Source: Gonapodya sp. JEL0774 (Eukaryota). Taken from it: a DNA stretch of 64,000 bases. The notes under the pieces are model-generated. The model saw only the letters and a list, made by a program, of their open reading frames with translations, searched no databases and was not told the DNA's origin. How positions within the stretch are numbered: position 1 is the stretch's first letter; every line of letters begins with the position of its first letter. Location of the stretch: positions 1 through 64,000 of the forward strand of contig JADIIX010000116.1 of NCBI GenBank assembly GCA_027604505.1, in the 5' to 3' direction. Made by a program: the position numbers and the translations under genes. Shown in pieces: positions 63,903 through 64,000 of this stretch.

Positions 63903-64000
63903 TGAGTTCCAACGGCCCGAGGTGAACGAAGCGAACCGGCCGGAGGTGAGCAAAGCGAACAGGAGGTCGGCCTCGCCCAAGCGTCAGCGACGGGCAGAGT

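Noticed and set aside
63913..63960. Two ~24-bp tandem units (ggcc.gaggtga.c.aagcgaac) in the GPN1 intron
   Set aside because: Only two imperfect copies with no spacers. Not CRISPR-like, and probably a local slippage duplication.
1..64000. tRNA, rRNA, CRISPR arrays and intact transposons
   Set aside because: None recognised by eye. A covariance-model or repeat search would be needed to exclude small ncRNAs.

Overview
Intron-rich eukaryotic DNA with short GT-AG introns and about 23 tightly packed genes. It is probably from a zoosporic, early-diverging fungus: fungal-type Rtc5, Srv2, Ela1 and Npa3-like genes occur together with the ciliary IFT-A gene WDR35/IFT121. This taxon call is an inference. 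Most genes are housekeeping or family-recognisable: RPA3, RTC5/MEAK7, IVD, a RING-H2 ligase, SRV2/CAP, CCDC97, a PTGR-like reductase, a 4CL-like ligase, two F-box genes, an MFSD1-like transporter, RRP36, WDR35, MSH3, PRP6, Elongin A and GPN1. The standout is a head-to-head pair of single-pass surface-receptor genes about 200-230 bp apart (8772-15352). One encodes a seven-bladed FG-GAP beta-propeller on a glycosylated stalk (integrin-alpha-like head). The other encodes a PA14/fibro-slime domain, three cadherin/Big-like repeats, a GxxxG-rich TM helix and a short tail with two NPxY motifs (integrin-beta/Dictyostelium Sib-like tail) that appears only after splicing. Together they look like a candidate integrin-like adhesion module in a lineage thought to lack integrins. 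All gene models and exon boundaries were read by eye, and no database searches were run.
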